From a virus: a DNA stretch of 64,000 nt. Where the stretch lies: positions 1 through 64,000 of IMG/VR virus record IMGVR_UViG_3300036715_000213, one strand, 5' to 3'. Made by a program: the position numbers and the translations under genes. Numbering within the stretch: the first letter of the stretch is position 1; each line of letters begins with the position of its first letter. Positions 44,793-54,573 of the stretch are shown piece by piece. The notes below the pieces were generated by a model. That model worked only from the letters and a program-made list of their open reading frames with translations. It made no database searches and was not told where the DNA came from.

Positions 44793-46100
44793 TCAACCAC
44801 GCGATACTAGAACGCCTGCGAAGTTGGTTACGTTAGTACCGAAGGCGACGACTGGTGTTGTACCAGTAGCCGTAACACGCAATTCGAATGTATCACCAAC
44901 TGCTGTGGTTTTAAACAGGTCAGTAATGCTTGCTGTGAGAGATGTAACTGATGCTCCGGTTACAGTCTTAGTGTAAACTGCTGCAGCATTCATCCATAAT
45001 TCTATAGTCATTGCAGTCAGTGCAGTTCCAGTAACTTGGACGTTACCAGTTAATTGATAGTAACCAATTACACCTGGAGTCCAACGGAATGTAGTTGTGC
45101 TATCGAAAACGCTAACGCTATCGAATGTTTCACCGTTGAATGGTAATACGACTGATGCTGCTGCACTTGTCAACGCAAATGTGGTTGTATTACGAAATGC
45201 ACGGAACACAGGTTCTGCTAAAGAGCCGTGCACGTGATCTTGACGTGCGAAACGAGTTGATGTACCAACAACTGCTGTTGCTGCTGCCGATACTGGAGTA
45301 GCTGAACCCGCTTGCCCAATAACAAACGCAGTAGTCGCTAATAATAGAGAACTGTTATCAACTGCTGGAGTTGATGTTGCTGTTGGAGTAACAAGAGCGG
45401 GACTTGAGTTATTTGCTTTTGTTGCAATGTTACCGTCTAGCTTATTGATAGCTTGGAGGATCGTATCAGTAACTGCTACAGTACCAGAACCTGATGCAAA
45501 ACCAGTTAGAACCTTACTAATTACAGATGCATTAGTTACAGTCGTTGCATTACCAGTTGAAGTAACTTCACCAGTTAGATTAGCGTTAGTAGCATCGTTT
45601 CCAATCAACTTATTGATAGCTTGGAGGATCGTATCAGTGGAAGCAACTACACCAGCGCCTGGAGATAATCCAGTTAGAACCTTACCAATTACAGTTGCAT
45701 TTGGAACTATAGTAGAATTACCAGTTGAAGTAACTTCACCAGTTAGATTAGCGTTTGTTGTTACAGTAGAAGCTAGAGTGGCGGTATTAGCATTTCCACT
45801 GAAGTTTGCGGCATACAAAGTGTCAGTGGATGGCTTGTAACGTAGATTAGTAGAGCTGATACGATACGGGACAGCACCAGTACCATTCGATGCAGTTGCA
45901 CCAAATGCCCACATCGGGAACACAAATGCTGTATTTGTAACGTCATCAGTAATCGCAGTGTTGGTTGTCAACAGATCTAACTGATCGGCAATTGACTTGA
46001 TATTTCCATCAATTTCCAGATTAGTCAGCGGCGTACCCTTAACCGTTGTGGTTGTTGGTACTGTCGGTGTTGACGACGCGCGGTATTTAATTTTTGCCAT
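44793..46100 (-). CDS. trimeric fibre with C-terminal C1q/TNF-like head
   Basis: KGTPLTN.EIDGN anchor, 56-aa repeat, FAR.DHVH motif; C-terminal F.A....LPF..E.FD....FD....FTP...GYYQ...F.G.LV. Confidence 0.75.
   Translation of the reverse strand: MAKIKYRASSTPTVPTTTTVKGTPLTNLEIDGNIKSIADQLDLLTTNTAITDDVTNTAFVFPMWAFGATASNGTGAVPYRISSTNLRYKPSTDTLYAANFSGNANTATLASTVTTNANLTGEVTSTGNSTIVPNATVIGKVLTGLSPGAGVVASTDTILQAINKLIGNDATNANLTGEVTSTGNATTVTNASVISKVLTGFASGSGTVAVTDTILQAINKLDGNIATKANNSSPALVTPTATSTPAVDNSSLLLATTAFVIGQAGSATPVSAAATAVVGTSTRFARQDHVHGSLAEPVFRAFRNTTTFALTSAAASVVLPFNGETFDSVSVFDSTTTFRWTPGVIGYYQLTGNVQVTGTALTAMTIELWMNAAAVYTKTVTGASVTSLTASITDLFKTTAVGDTFELRVTATGTTPVVAFGTNVTNFAGVLVSRG
45441..45757. repeat. 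tandem 168-bp duplication in the fibre shaft
   Basis: CTTATTGATAGCTTGGAGGATCGTATCAGT at 45441 and 45609; ACCAGTTGAAGTAACTTCACCAGTTAGATTAGCGTT also occurs twice. Confidence 0.9.
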
Positions 46101-46287
46101 TTATGTGTTCCAGTATTTTCTGCATCTGTTTCTTTAGTGTATTTACTTCATTCTGTAGACTATCAAAAGCGTCATGCTGCATCCGACTCTTCATGAAAGC
46201 CGCTTTGTCAACTACAACGATACTCCTATCGTCTTTCTTGTACAGCCCCTTGAGCGGTGATCCGTTACGATCAACTATCTGCTTCAT
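46087..46287 (-). CDS. small conserved coiled-coil protein downstream of VrlC
   Basis: GLYK.....IV..D...F + L..EV..LK pattern. Confidence 0.7.
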   Translation of the reverse strand: MKQIVDRNGSPLKGLYKKDDRSIVVVDKAAFMKSRMQHDAFDSLQNEVNTLKKQMQKILEHINGKN

Positions 46288-48443
46288 GTTGCGACGATAA
46301 TGCTACGGTATTGGTCAATAACCGGATATGAAATCTTATCATTCGAACTCAATACAATCTTAATGTCGTACATGTCGAATCCATCGAGATCGTCAATCTT
46401 AAACTCGTAGTCTTGATATTCGCCAAGTTTGCGTGCTAAGTTGCGGGCTGTGTCGCATGTCATCTCAACCCAATTACCACTCTTATGTGGTACAGTGCTG
46501 GCTGCTAATGAACTACGGAAGTAGACATTAAAAGATGTTGTTGCAATGCTACTAGCAGTAACAATAACGCGAGCGCCCTTGGAAATAGTTTCCAATTGGA
46601 ATGGCTGGCTAATGTAACGCGCATAAGCAGTCCCACCGCTTGGAGTCAACTCAGTTGCTTTGTCGAATGTCGATGCTGGGTTAGTCAGAATGTCATTGAC
46701 GTTATTATTTTCCAGTACCAAACGCGGTGTTGCACGTAAATCTAGCATTGGGGAAACGTTAACATTCTTTGATTCAAAATATAATAGCATTTCTGCGGAA
46801 GAATCACTACCGAAGAACAATTGCTCATTATCCAATGTAGCAATAACTGCTTCTTTGTCTAGGATAGTTGCTTGGCTCAATGAGATGTTTTCGTGTAAAC
46901 CAACAAGGTAGTTCTCATCAGTTGTGCGTAGGGTAGCGCTCAATCCTGTTTCATTCGGAACTATAGTATTCAACAGTGGAGCAACTGCTTGGTAACGACG
47001 GTTTAAACTTGTCGCGAAGATCGCTTCATCAATAACAGTTAAAGATGCACCGGATCCAGTTCCATCAGTAATCTTTACAGTTGGTGTAGTCATGTAACCA
47101 GTACCAGCATTTGTGATAGTCACAGTGTTAATCTTACCACCAGAAGTTGTAACTGTTGCTGTTGCACCAGTACCATCGCCAATGATTTGTACTGTTGGAG
47201 CCGAGTAATTGATACCACCATCGTCAATCTCAATCGCTTCCATACGTCCTGTTGATGACAAGATTCCAGTAGATGTTGCGTTGGTAGCGCCCAAGCTAAA
47301 TGTGAATGTGAAATCGTTAACCCGAGTTACAGTATATCCAGTTGAACTTGACAATATAGCAGATGGGATCCCACGGTATGTAGCACCTGTCAATCCACGT
47401 AGGATAATCGTATCACTAGTCTTAAAACCGTGTTGCATTGGCAACGTGCAAGTCACCAGAGGTGAGCTGTTTGTAACTGAGAAATACTTACCGGGAATAC
47501 GATCGTTTGGAGCAACTGCGCGCAACTTCAACGATGCTTGAGAAGAGATATCAAATTTGGCGCGATATATGTTGAACTTAATGTCTTGCGTTTGCTCAGC
47601 AGTCCATGTAATGTTGTTTTCCGATTTAAACATGGAACCAACGAATGGTTGTTCACTAATCGTCTTACCAGTTTCTATAGACTTTGCACCCATCTCAGAT
47701 GTGAAGGCATAGTATGAATTTGAGTTGGACAGCAGGACGAAACAGAAATCCTTATCTTCAGGCAAGTAGATTGGACGTGGGAAGATAAACTTTGTACCAA
47801 CCAATGCAGTATTGCTTGTGTTAACTGAGCTTGGATTTAACGAAACAAAAGACCATTCATTAACCAAGTCAGCTGCTGGATAACCGTTTTCTACATTACG
47901 CAATTCACAACGCACTGGAATTGACGCATCCTTCGCTTGAAAGAACACTTCAATCATCGTTACAAAACAACCACCCTTGATACCATAGGTGAAGAATGTC
48001 TGAGCAAGCGGATCGCCCGGCGGACGGGTTGTATTAACACGCACTACATTTTGTGTAATAACATTAATAGTTTTCTGAAATGTATCCAAGAAACCATTAG
48101 CAGTAAACAATGTAGTCGCAGAGCTAACTGCGCTTCCAGCAAATGCTTCAGTTTCATAGTTGGATGTATCAAGCAATTTGAAAATACGCTCACCAGTGTT
48201 AAATGTGTTCCCCGGCATGCGGAACTCACCAGTAATTTTACCAGCAGCGTCTGATACAATCTGATCACCTAAGTTCTTACCGTCTTGTTTAATAAATTCA
48301 TCCACGCTCTTAGTATCAAAGAATGCGTAGAATTTACTATTTGGTTTCAAGTCAGTTGCAGCAAACTTAATCGTCTGTGGACGAATAAAAGAAAGTGATT
48401 TATAACCAACCAAACTGGTACGTGATTTTGTACGTGTTACCAT
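46284..48443 (-). CDS. VrlC/DUF4815-like virion protein, C-terminal half
   Basis: FIRPQ.I.F....LKPN..FYAFFD, DPLAQTF, FF..KD...PV, GSMFKS.N..TWT..Q..D.KF, NVSP..D, ARYIS. Confidence 0.85.
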   Translation of the reverse strand: MVTRTKSRTSLVGYKSLSFIRPQTIKFAATDLKPNSKFYAFFDTKSVDEFIKQDGKNLGDQIVSDAAGKITGEFRMPGNTFNTGERIFKLLDTSNYETEAFAGSAVSSATTLFTANGFLDTFQKTINVITQNVVRVNTTRPPGDPLAQTFFTYGIKGGCFVTMIEVFFQAKDASIPVRCELRNVENGYPAADLVNEWSFVSLNPSSVNTSNTALVGTKFIFPRPIYLPEDKDFCFVLLSNSNSYYAFTSEMGAKSIETGKTISEQPFVGSMFKSENNITWTAEQTQDIKFNIYRAKFDISSQASLKLRAVAPNDRIPGKYFSVTNSSPLVTCTLPMQHGFKTSDTIILRGLTGATYRGIPSAILSSSTGYTVTRVNDFTFTFSLGATNATSTGILSSTGRMEAIEIDDGGINYSAPTVQIIGDGTGATATVTTSGGKINTVTITNAGTGYMTTPTVKITDGTGSGASLTVIDEAIFATSLNRRYQAVAPLLNTIVPNETGLSATLRTTDENYLVGLHENISLSQATILDKEAVIATLDNEQLFFGSDSSAEMLLYFESKNVNVSPMLDLRATPRLVLENNNVNDILTNPASTFDKATELTPSGGTAYARYISQPFQLETISKGARVIVTASSIATTSFNVYFRSSLAASTVPHKSGNWVEMTCDTARNLARKLGEYQDYEFKIDDLDGFDMYDIKIVLSSNDKISYPVIDQYRSIIVAT

Positions 48444-48461
48444 TGTATTCCTATTTTCTAG

Positions 48462-48469
48462 TATTTATT
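48462..48469 (-). promoter_or_regulatory. late promoter-like AATAAATA for the VrlC C-half
   Basis: In the 34-nt gap between the halves, followed by an AGGA SD. Confidence 0.55.
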
Positions 48470-48477
48470 ATACACTA

Positions 48478-51400
48478 TTAGAGTGATTTGTTGGAGTAAA
48501 AGTCCACGGATTTAATATTATGGTGCAAGATGAAGTTTCTATTAACATCACCAGCTAAGAAGCATTTGTTACCGCATGTAATGTGGCGAACTAATCCCAT
48601 ACCAATAAACTTAACATCAATAATCTCTTCCCAACGCAAAACACCGTTTAATTCAGTAACAGTGTGCTTGCCTAGCATATCCGGAGCATTGACTAAAGTT
48701 CCATTAATAGTTGGGATGGGTGCAGTAGAAGAACATGTTAATTTGACACCTAAAGTGGATGTCAGGCAATACAGAGGTTGTTCTTTAGTTTCAGCGAATG
48801 TAACTTCGTCAAAAGAACGTTTCCATGTATTTGGATCAACTGTTGGTATGATCATACCAACATTGATATCTTTAGCTTGCATTCCATTTTCCAGCCATGC
48901 ATCAAGAACAACACAGCCACCTCCACCATAGCTAGGAATTATAACTTGAAGCGGTAATGATGGAGGTAAGTATGCCCATCCCCATGGTCCTAGAACTGGA
49001 GGTGGAGGTGGAGCAATAATTGGTGCCGGCGCTGGAATTGGCGCTGGCGCTGGTGGAGGTGGAACAACTACTGGTGGCGCTGGGATTGGAATAATCACAG
49101 GAACTGGTGGTGTTGCTGCCACTGGTGGAGGTGTTACCTTAATCTCAACCTTTGGTACTGGTGGGATAATTACAACCGCTGGAGTGATGATTGGTGGAGT
49201 AATAATCACTGGACGTGGTGGTTGGATAAACACAAACTCAGTGATAGTCTCAGTTGATGTCTTAACGATATCAGCTAAGTTTTCAACTTCAGTCCAAGTG
49301 TCATCCTTTGGTACAATTTCCAGCGCGCCTTGCCAGCTAAACACAGCAAACGGGTTAATGTTGGTAATACGACTCGATACGCCTTGTGAAGCAAGGATAA
49401 CGTTTTCATAGTTCAGTGTTGCGATATCATTGATAATGGATACGTTAGTACCAACCGATACTGGAGATAACATTGTTTCAATACGATCAAACAATGGTTT
49501 AATCTTACCAGAAACATACGATACCTTAAATCCTGGATCAGTTACATCCGAGATAGCATCAGCATCGCTAAAGTTATCGACTAAGTAACCGCTCTTGTAA
49601 CGTGATAGTCCAGTTGTTGTGTCAACAATGTCATAGTTAACTGCGCTCTGTTCTGCTTCGGATAGAGTGATGTAATCTTCGATGTTAGCCACACGCTTGT
49701 CTAGAGAAGCAACATCGCGCATAGTGTAAACACGGTTATCATTCTTCTTAACTGTACAATCAATTGCCTTGGCAGTATAAGGAGGAACTGTAATAGTTGC
49801 CAGCTTGATAGAATCTGCTGGCAGTGGCTTCTCTTTTGGTACGTCAGCTGGAGTACCTGTTATAATACTTAATGTACCATCCTTGCTGAAGATAACAGAG
49901 TCAATACGACCAACATAGTGGCGAACAGTTGCAGTAATACGGGAATCATTCTGAACTAGCTTGCTTACAGAAGCGCCAGTACCGGTAAATGTTCCATCAG
50001 TACCAACGCGCGGACGGAAGTCTAACACATTGCGTAGGTTGTATGTCTTACGGTCGTTTTTACTAGTGTAAGATAACAGTGGAGAATCATAGTAACCAGA
50101 CATTGTGGTGTACGAGTCAACGCTGAAGTAATCTCCAGAATTATGGCTAAAGTAATCGTATGTGACTGTCACATTGTATGCTGGAGTTTGTGCTCCAGCT
50201 TTCAAAGTAATTGATCCACGATCGTAAAAATAATCAGTTTGACCATTATCGTATGAGTAGCTAGCAGTTACATCAAGTTCGTTTGCTCCACCAGCGTCTT
50301 GCACAACCTTAGTAACACGAACCAAGTCAGCATGTGGCAACACAAGTGTCGCAGAACTTGGATTTATTGCAGCAGATACAACATTCTGGACTAGAGTTTT
50401 TGTCTTTGGAGCACGTGATGCACCAGTTACAGTAGCAGCACAAAATACGCTCAATGTGCTACTTGCTGGGCTAATGCCGCTAAAGGATACAGATAGCCCG
50501 TCTGGAGCGACTGTTGCTGTTGACAATGCTTGGATACCGCTGGAAGTAACCAGCAACATGTTGCCTTCTTCCTTTGGATTGATTGTCATACCAGTTACAG
50601 TCATTGTACCAGCACCACCAGTAATAGTCACAGTTTGTTCATGATAAACAGTGTAAGAAATATCACTAACTTCGCTGTCACCCTTGGCGCTGTATGTGTA
50701 ATCATATGGAAGTGGAACTAGCAGATTGTTAGTTACATTCTTAACGATAACTTCTTTGTCAATAACCTTAGCAGTTCCGCCGGATGTCATACCAAGAATG
50801 GTATCACCAATCAGTGGAGTTGATTCACCCACGCAACGAGTGTTAACGTACAAGACGCCTTCAGGGCGCAGGTACTTTATAACGTTACCGCAGCGAGCTT
50901 CTGATTCAACTTCTTCGTTTAGAGTAAACGCCAAGCTGTTAGTCGAAACCACAGTTAATTTATGCAATACAGTAGCAATCTCTGATGCACCATATGTGAT
51001 GATACCAATCTCATCTACTGAGTGTGTTGGTCCCACAGCAATGTCAGTAACAAACATCTTGTAGATTGCATTGGTTGTGGTTGTGTTGGATTCAACAAAA
51101 TCAACTGCCAACAATGTAGCTGAACCAATAACAGTTCCAGCCGTAATATCCTTCAGTGTAACTGGCGAATGCAGCTTAAAGCTAGGTAGATTAGACAGTC
51201 CAGTAACGTAAAACGCTTGTCCAAAGGATGGGACAATATTAATAACGTTCTCTTGGATGGATTCAACATCACGCGCTTTGTTAACAGTCAGCAACGTATC
51301 TGCTATCTTTTCGTTCTCGAATCCCTTGATGTATGCCTTACCAGCAGCAATAGTGTAAATCATCTTAGATGAATCACCGCCAGCTGTAGAAACATAACGA

Positions 51401-52320
51401 CCGTCGTTCAGTTCTGATTTCAAGTGTTCACGAGTTGTTACTTTCAAACCAGTTGTAACATAGTCACCGTTTGTGTCATAGTTACGACGAGCCAGACCCT
51501 TGTCCAACTCATTATATTTTGGATAGCGGCTATGCTCTTCAAGAACGCCTTCATTATAGCGCATCAACTCGATGTAATCGTCATTTACAGCTACACTTAA
51601 ATCCAGAGTAACTAGGTTCAATGTAATTTGTAGACGATCTGCGCCTGGAGCCGCATAATTATATGAGCCCTGAGCTGGATCCAGCAACGTTGCGTCGTCA
51701 TCCGATGTTACAACGCTTTCAACGATTTGTAGCAATACGCGAGTGCTTGGAGATGCGCTGTACTTGGAAATAACAACTGATTGCTTATTAACAGTCGCGA
51801 ACGTGCCGTTTACATAGTAAACACCTTGGTCGATATTAGCAACTGCGGCTGCACCACATGGTGTTCCGCTTGCTGTGGTAAATGTAGTCGAGATGCCTTC
51901 AACAGTCAACACTTCACTCGCCAGGAATACCTTTTCACCGTTTGTACCGGAATTGCTATAGGAAACATACAGAGTATCAGGATCAGTCAAAGTCTTAGCA
52001 ATGCCCTTACGGATGATACCGCGCAAACCGGAAGTCGCACCAACAACAAACTTGCCTTCAAGTGTAGCAATATCGTAGGATGTATCAACCAACTTCACAT
52101 AACATACATTGAAGTCGGAATTGATGTTACCCGGAATAACTACGGAGCCATGCTTAAACACGTGATTGCCAAACTTAGCAATCTGATTCTTCAGTATTGA
52201 TTGAATCTGTGTTAGTTCACGAGCCTGAATACTATTACCCGGCTTAAACAGGATTTGATAGAATTGTTTAGACTCATCAAAGTCGTCATAGTATGGATTC
52301 GAATTTAAATTGATTGTCAT
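48478..52320 (-). CDS. VrlC/DUF4815-like virion protein, N-terminal half, with Pro-rich linker and C-terminal Hint domain
   Basis: NPYYDDFD, LFKPG..IQARELTQ.Q, APGADR, LDFRP, YTMRD..L..R, R.KSG..VD.F, NINPF.V; ends GGGG|C...HHN. Confidence 0.9.
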   Translation of the reverse strand: MTINLNSNPYYDDFDESKQFYQILFKPGNSIQARELTQIQSILKNQIAKFGNHVFKHGSVVIPGNINSDFNVCYVKLVDTSYDIATLEGKFVVGATSGLRGIIRKGIAKTLTDPDTLYVSYSNSGTNGEKVFLASEVLTVEGISTTFTTASGTPCGAAAVANIDQGVYYVNGTFATVNKQSVVISKYSASPSTRVLLQIVESVVTSDDDATLLDPAQGSYNYAAPGADRLQITLNLVTLDLSVAVNDDYIELMRYNEGVLEEHSRYPKYNELDKGLARRNYDTNGDYVTTGLKVTTREHLKSELNDGRYVSTAGGDSSKMIYTIAAGKAYIKGFENEKIADTLLTVNKARDVESIQENVINIVPSFGQAFYVTGLSNLPSFKLHSPVTLKDITAGTVIGSATLLAVDFVESNTTTTNAIYKMFVTDIAVGPTHSVDEIGIITYGASEIATVLHKLTVVSTNSLAFTLNEEVESEARCGNVIKYLRPEGVLYVNTRCVGESTPLIGDTILGMTSGGTAKVIDKEVIVKNVTNNLLVPLPYDYTYSAKGDSEVSDISYTVYHEQTVTITGGAGTMTVTGMTINPKEEGNMLLVTSSGIQALSTATVAPDGLSVSFSGISPASSTLSVFCAATVTGASRAPKTKTLVQNVVSAAINPSSATLVLPHADLVRVTKVVQDAGGANELDVTASYSYDNGQTDYFYDRGSITLKAGAQTPAYNVTVTYDYFSHNSGDYFSVDSYTTMSGYYDSPLLSYTSKNDRKTYNLRNVLDFRPRVGTDGTFTGTGASVSKLVQNDSRITATVRHYVGRIDSVIFSKDGTLSIITGTPADVPKEKPLPADSIKLATITVPPYTAKAIDCTVKKNDNRVYTMRDVASLDKRVANIEDYITLSEAEQSAVNYDIVDTTTGLSRYKSGYLVDNFSDADAISDVTDPGFKVSYVSGKIKPLFDRIETMLSPVSVGTNVSIINDIATLNYENVILASQGVSSRITNINPFAVFSWQGALEIVPKDDTWTEVENLADIVKTSTETITEFVFIQPPRPVIITPPIITPAVVIIPPVPKVEIKVTPPPVAATPPVPVIIPIPAPPVVVPPPPAPAPIPAPAPIIAPPPPPVLGPWGWAYLPPSLPLQVIIPSYGGGGCVVLDAWLENGMQAKDINVGMIIPTVDPNTWKRSFDEVTFAETKEQPLYCLTSTLGVKLTCSSTAPIPTINGTLVNAPDMLGKHTVTELNGVLRWEEIIDVKFIGMGLVRHITCGNKCFLAGDVNRNFILHHNIKSVDFYSNKSL
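48517..48915 (-). other. Hint (intein-like/BIL-type) domain, 133 aa
   Basis: CVVLDAW...AKDINVG, L.CSSTAPI (block B without His), V..IT.G...F.AG....ILHHN; +1 residue is Ile. Confidence 0.82.
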
Positions 52321-52321
52321 T

Positions 52322-54130
52322 TTAACACTTTATGTATGTTTTGAGTGCCAGGCTTTGTTCCGATGTAAACTTGAACGGTACCTCGGATGCTACTGTTAGG
52401 ATGTCACCACTGTATTTATTGACTGCCGGAGAGGATATTAAATCAGTCGCAAACCAAGTTGTTGTACCATCTGATAGCGAACCCAACGGTGGAACATTGT
52501 TTCCCGATAGCGGTTGCAGGTATGCTGTTGTTGCATCAAACTTTACAACCAAATAGCGATAGTTATTCGCCGAGCGTAGTTCCATATCAGATGCCATTCC
52601 AGAAGTTGACAACATAGTCATCTTGTATGCCAACAATGCTTCTGATGTTGATGTAAACGAGTTGCTGTACAGTTGACGTGGATTCTTAATGACACCGTAT
52701 TGGCGGAAGTCTTGATTAATATCTGAGATTATCGAGTTAGCACTTAGAACTGAGCTGATACAAATCACATCTGCTCCCAGTTCATTCACTGCATCGTATC
52801 CATGTCCATAATATGGAGCCTTAATTGCGCTTACTGTTGCTGTTACTGGACTTCCACCTGTTGGCGCTTCTACTACAAAATCCGCATAGCTGTAACCAGA
52901 ACCAAATGTCAGCATCTTCACGCCAACCAATGTTCCAGTACTCATAATAGCCAGTGCAGTTGCACCCTTACCGTCACCAGTGATAGTAATCTTTGGTGTA
53001 ATTAGCGGATCGTACCCATTACCCGCAGTAGTAACCTTTGCTGCATAAATTCCACCAGCCACTGCTAGCTGCTCAACTACAGATTGGTCAGAGATTGTAT
53101 CGTTCAATCCAATGTTAGCTGTCAGACTTGCACCAGTACCTGTCCCACCAACTGTTAAAATCATGTAAGAGTAGCCAGTTCCATTGTTCTCAATAACAAC
53201 ATCAACAATTCCACCAGCGTAAACCACTGGAGTCAATACAGCGCCAGATCCATCGCCCTTTACAGCAATAGTGGAACTGTTGTTGCTTACATAGCTAATG
53301 CCTGGATCAACAACCAGAACTGATTGAATAACACCAGCAGAAACTATAGCAGTTAGGATTGCTCCACCACTATTCTCTGGATACTTGTGAGTTCCTGCTC
53401 CCGCAATAACAATTGTTGGAGCAGTTGTATATCCGGATCCGCCACTAACAATCTTAACACGGATAATGCTACCCGCTGCATCAATAACTGGAATCAGTAC
53501 AGCACCGCTCCCATCACCAGATACAGATAATGTAGTTGCGGATGCGCTTGAGTATCCAGAACCGGGAGCATTGATAATAATATCTTCAACTGCTCCACGA
53601 TTGTAGAAGGAATCACTGATCGCATTTTGAACTGGAATGTATTGACTATTTGTAAACTTGAATTGCTTAAAAGATGGGATTGAATACATGTATTTCCACA
53701 CGTAACCATCAGCGGCGCGGAACACTTCTAGCCCATCACCCGCTGATGGTTCAACTGTAGAAGCAACTCCACCATTGTTATCCAAGCACTTGTAAACACG
53801 AAAAGAGGTGTTTACAACGTAGAAGTTCAAATCCTCCATTGCTACTGTATCATCCCAACGGGCATAGGTAGTTCCAGTCACCCAATCGTAACGATTAGCA
53901 CATAGAGAAACATCGTTTGGCATGATTTTATTCATGTATAGCATATTCTCACGGATGCTTGAATCATTAGATAATGTCAATGCAGTAGTGCTTTCTGGCG
54001 GAAAATCCGGTACGCCCCAGCTAGATGCTTTACCTAGATAGTAGTAAAGGTTGCTCTTTTGGAGTTGAACTTCCTTAACAAACTGAGATGCTAGATTTGT
54101 GTGAAATTCTTGTTTGAGAATTTGTGACAT
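52322..54130 (-). CDS. gp8: baseplate wedge subunit with inserted beta repeats
   Basis: RYDW..GT.Y..WDD, FYV.N..F.VYKCLDNN.G..STVEP, DGY.WKYMY.I, GHG.DAV.EL, DFRQ.G..KNP, YSGDIL. Confidence 0.88.
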   Translation of the reverse strand: MSQILKQEFHTNLASQFVKEVQLQKSNLYYYLGKASSWGVPDFPPESTTALTLSNDSSIRENMLYMNKIMPNDVSLCANRYDWVTGTTYARWDDTVAMEDLNFYVVNTSFRVYKCLDNNGGVASTVEPSAGDGLEVFRAADGYVWKYMYSIPSFKQFKFTNSQYIPVQNAISDSFYNRGAVEDIIINAPGSGYSSASATTLSVSGDGSGAVLIPVIDAAGSIIRVKIVSGGSGYTTAPTIVIAGAGTHKYPENSGGAILTAIVSAGVIQSVLVVDPGISYVSNNSSTIAVKGDGSGAVLTPVVYAGGIVDVVIENNGTGYSYMILTVGGTGTGASLTANIGLNDTISDQSVVEQLAVAGGIYAAKVTTAGNGYDPLITPKITITGDGKGATALAIMSTGTLVGVKMLTFGSGYSYADFVVEAPTGGSPVTATVSAIKAPYYGHGYDAVNELGADVICISSVLSANSIISDINQDFRQYGVIKNPRQLYSNSFTSTSEALLAYKMTMLSTSGMASDMELRSANNYRYLVVKFDATTAYLQPLSGNNVPPLGSLSDGTTTWFATDLISSPAVNKYSGDILTVASEVPFKFTSEQSLALKTYIKC

Positions 54131-54573
54131 TAATTGACCCTTACGTTCCAGGTAATAACTAAATTATCGGATGTTGTCTTTGTGATAGCGTTGAACGCAG
54201 TTCGGCACATCATAATACCACCAGTAGATGCAGTAAACAATCCAGCTTCGCGATAAACACCGCTTGTACCTGTTGGATATGTTGTAACAAATGTAGCAAC
54301 ATTTAGAACAGATGCCCCACTATTAAACACACGGCGAGTCCCACCCATTTCCGCGTCCAGTGTTGTTTGGTCTGCCGCTGCGGCTACATTGGAACTTCCC
54401 AGAGCAACGTAAGTTGCCTTTGTAGATCCACCAGCGATTAGACCCGCAATTAAGTTCTTGCCAGTATCCACAACCATGTTATGGATTTCGCGAGTGTCTT
54501 TAACAACGCCATTAGCATCGATGATTTGGATAGTCAAGTCGCCTATCAGTTTGACGTTATCACTAAAACTCAT
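54130..54573 (-). CDS. tail-collar-fold structural protein
   Basis: N.VV..G...IA, ALG.S..A....QT.L..E, EAGLF.A..GG.M..R..F..ITK...D.L..TW. Confidence 0.75.
   Translation of the reverse strand: MSFSDNVKLIGDLTIQIIDANGVVKDTREIHNMVVDTGKNLIAGLIAGGSTKATYVALGSSNVAAAADQTTLDAEMGGTRRVFNSGASVLNVATFVTTYPTGTSGVYREAGLFTASTGGIMMCRTAFNAITKTTSDNLVITWNVRVN

Noticed and set aside
28556-46100. Diversity-generating retroelement or invertible tail cassette
   Set aside because: No reverse transcriptase, recombinase, adenine-specific TR/VR pair or inverted gene copy was seen.
48517-48915. Canonical cis-splicing intein rejoining the two VrlC halves
   Set aside because: The +1 residue is Ile and a stop follows 12 codons later; the second half has its own start signals.
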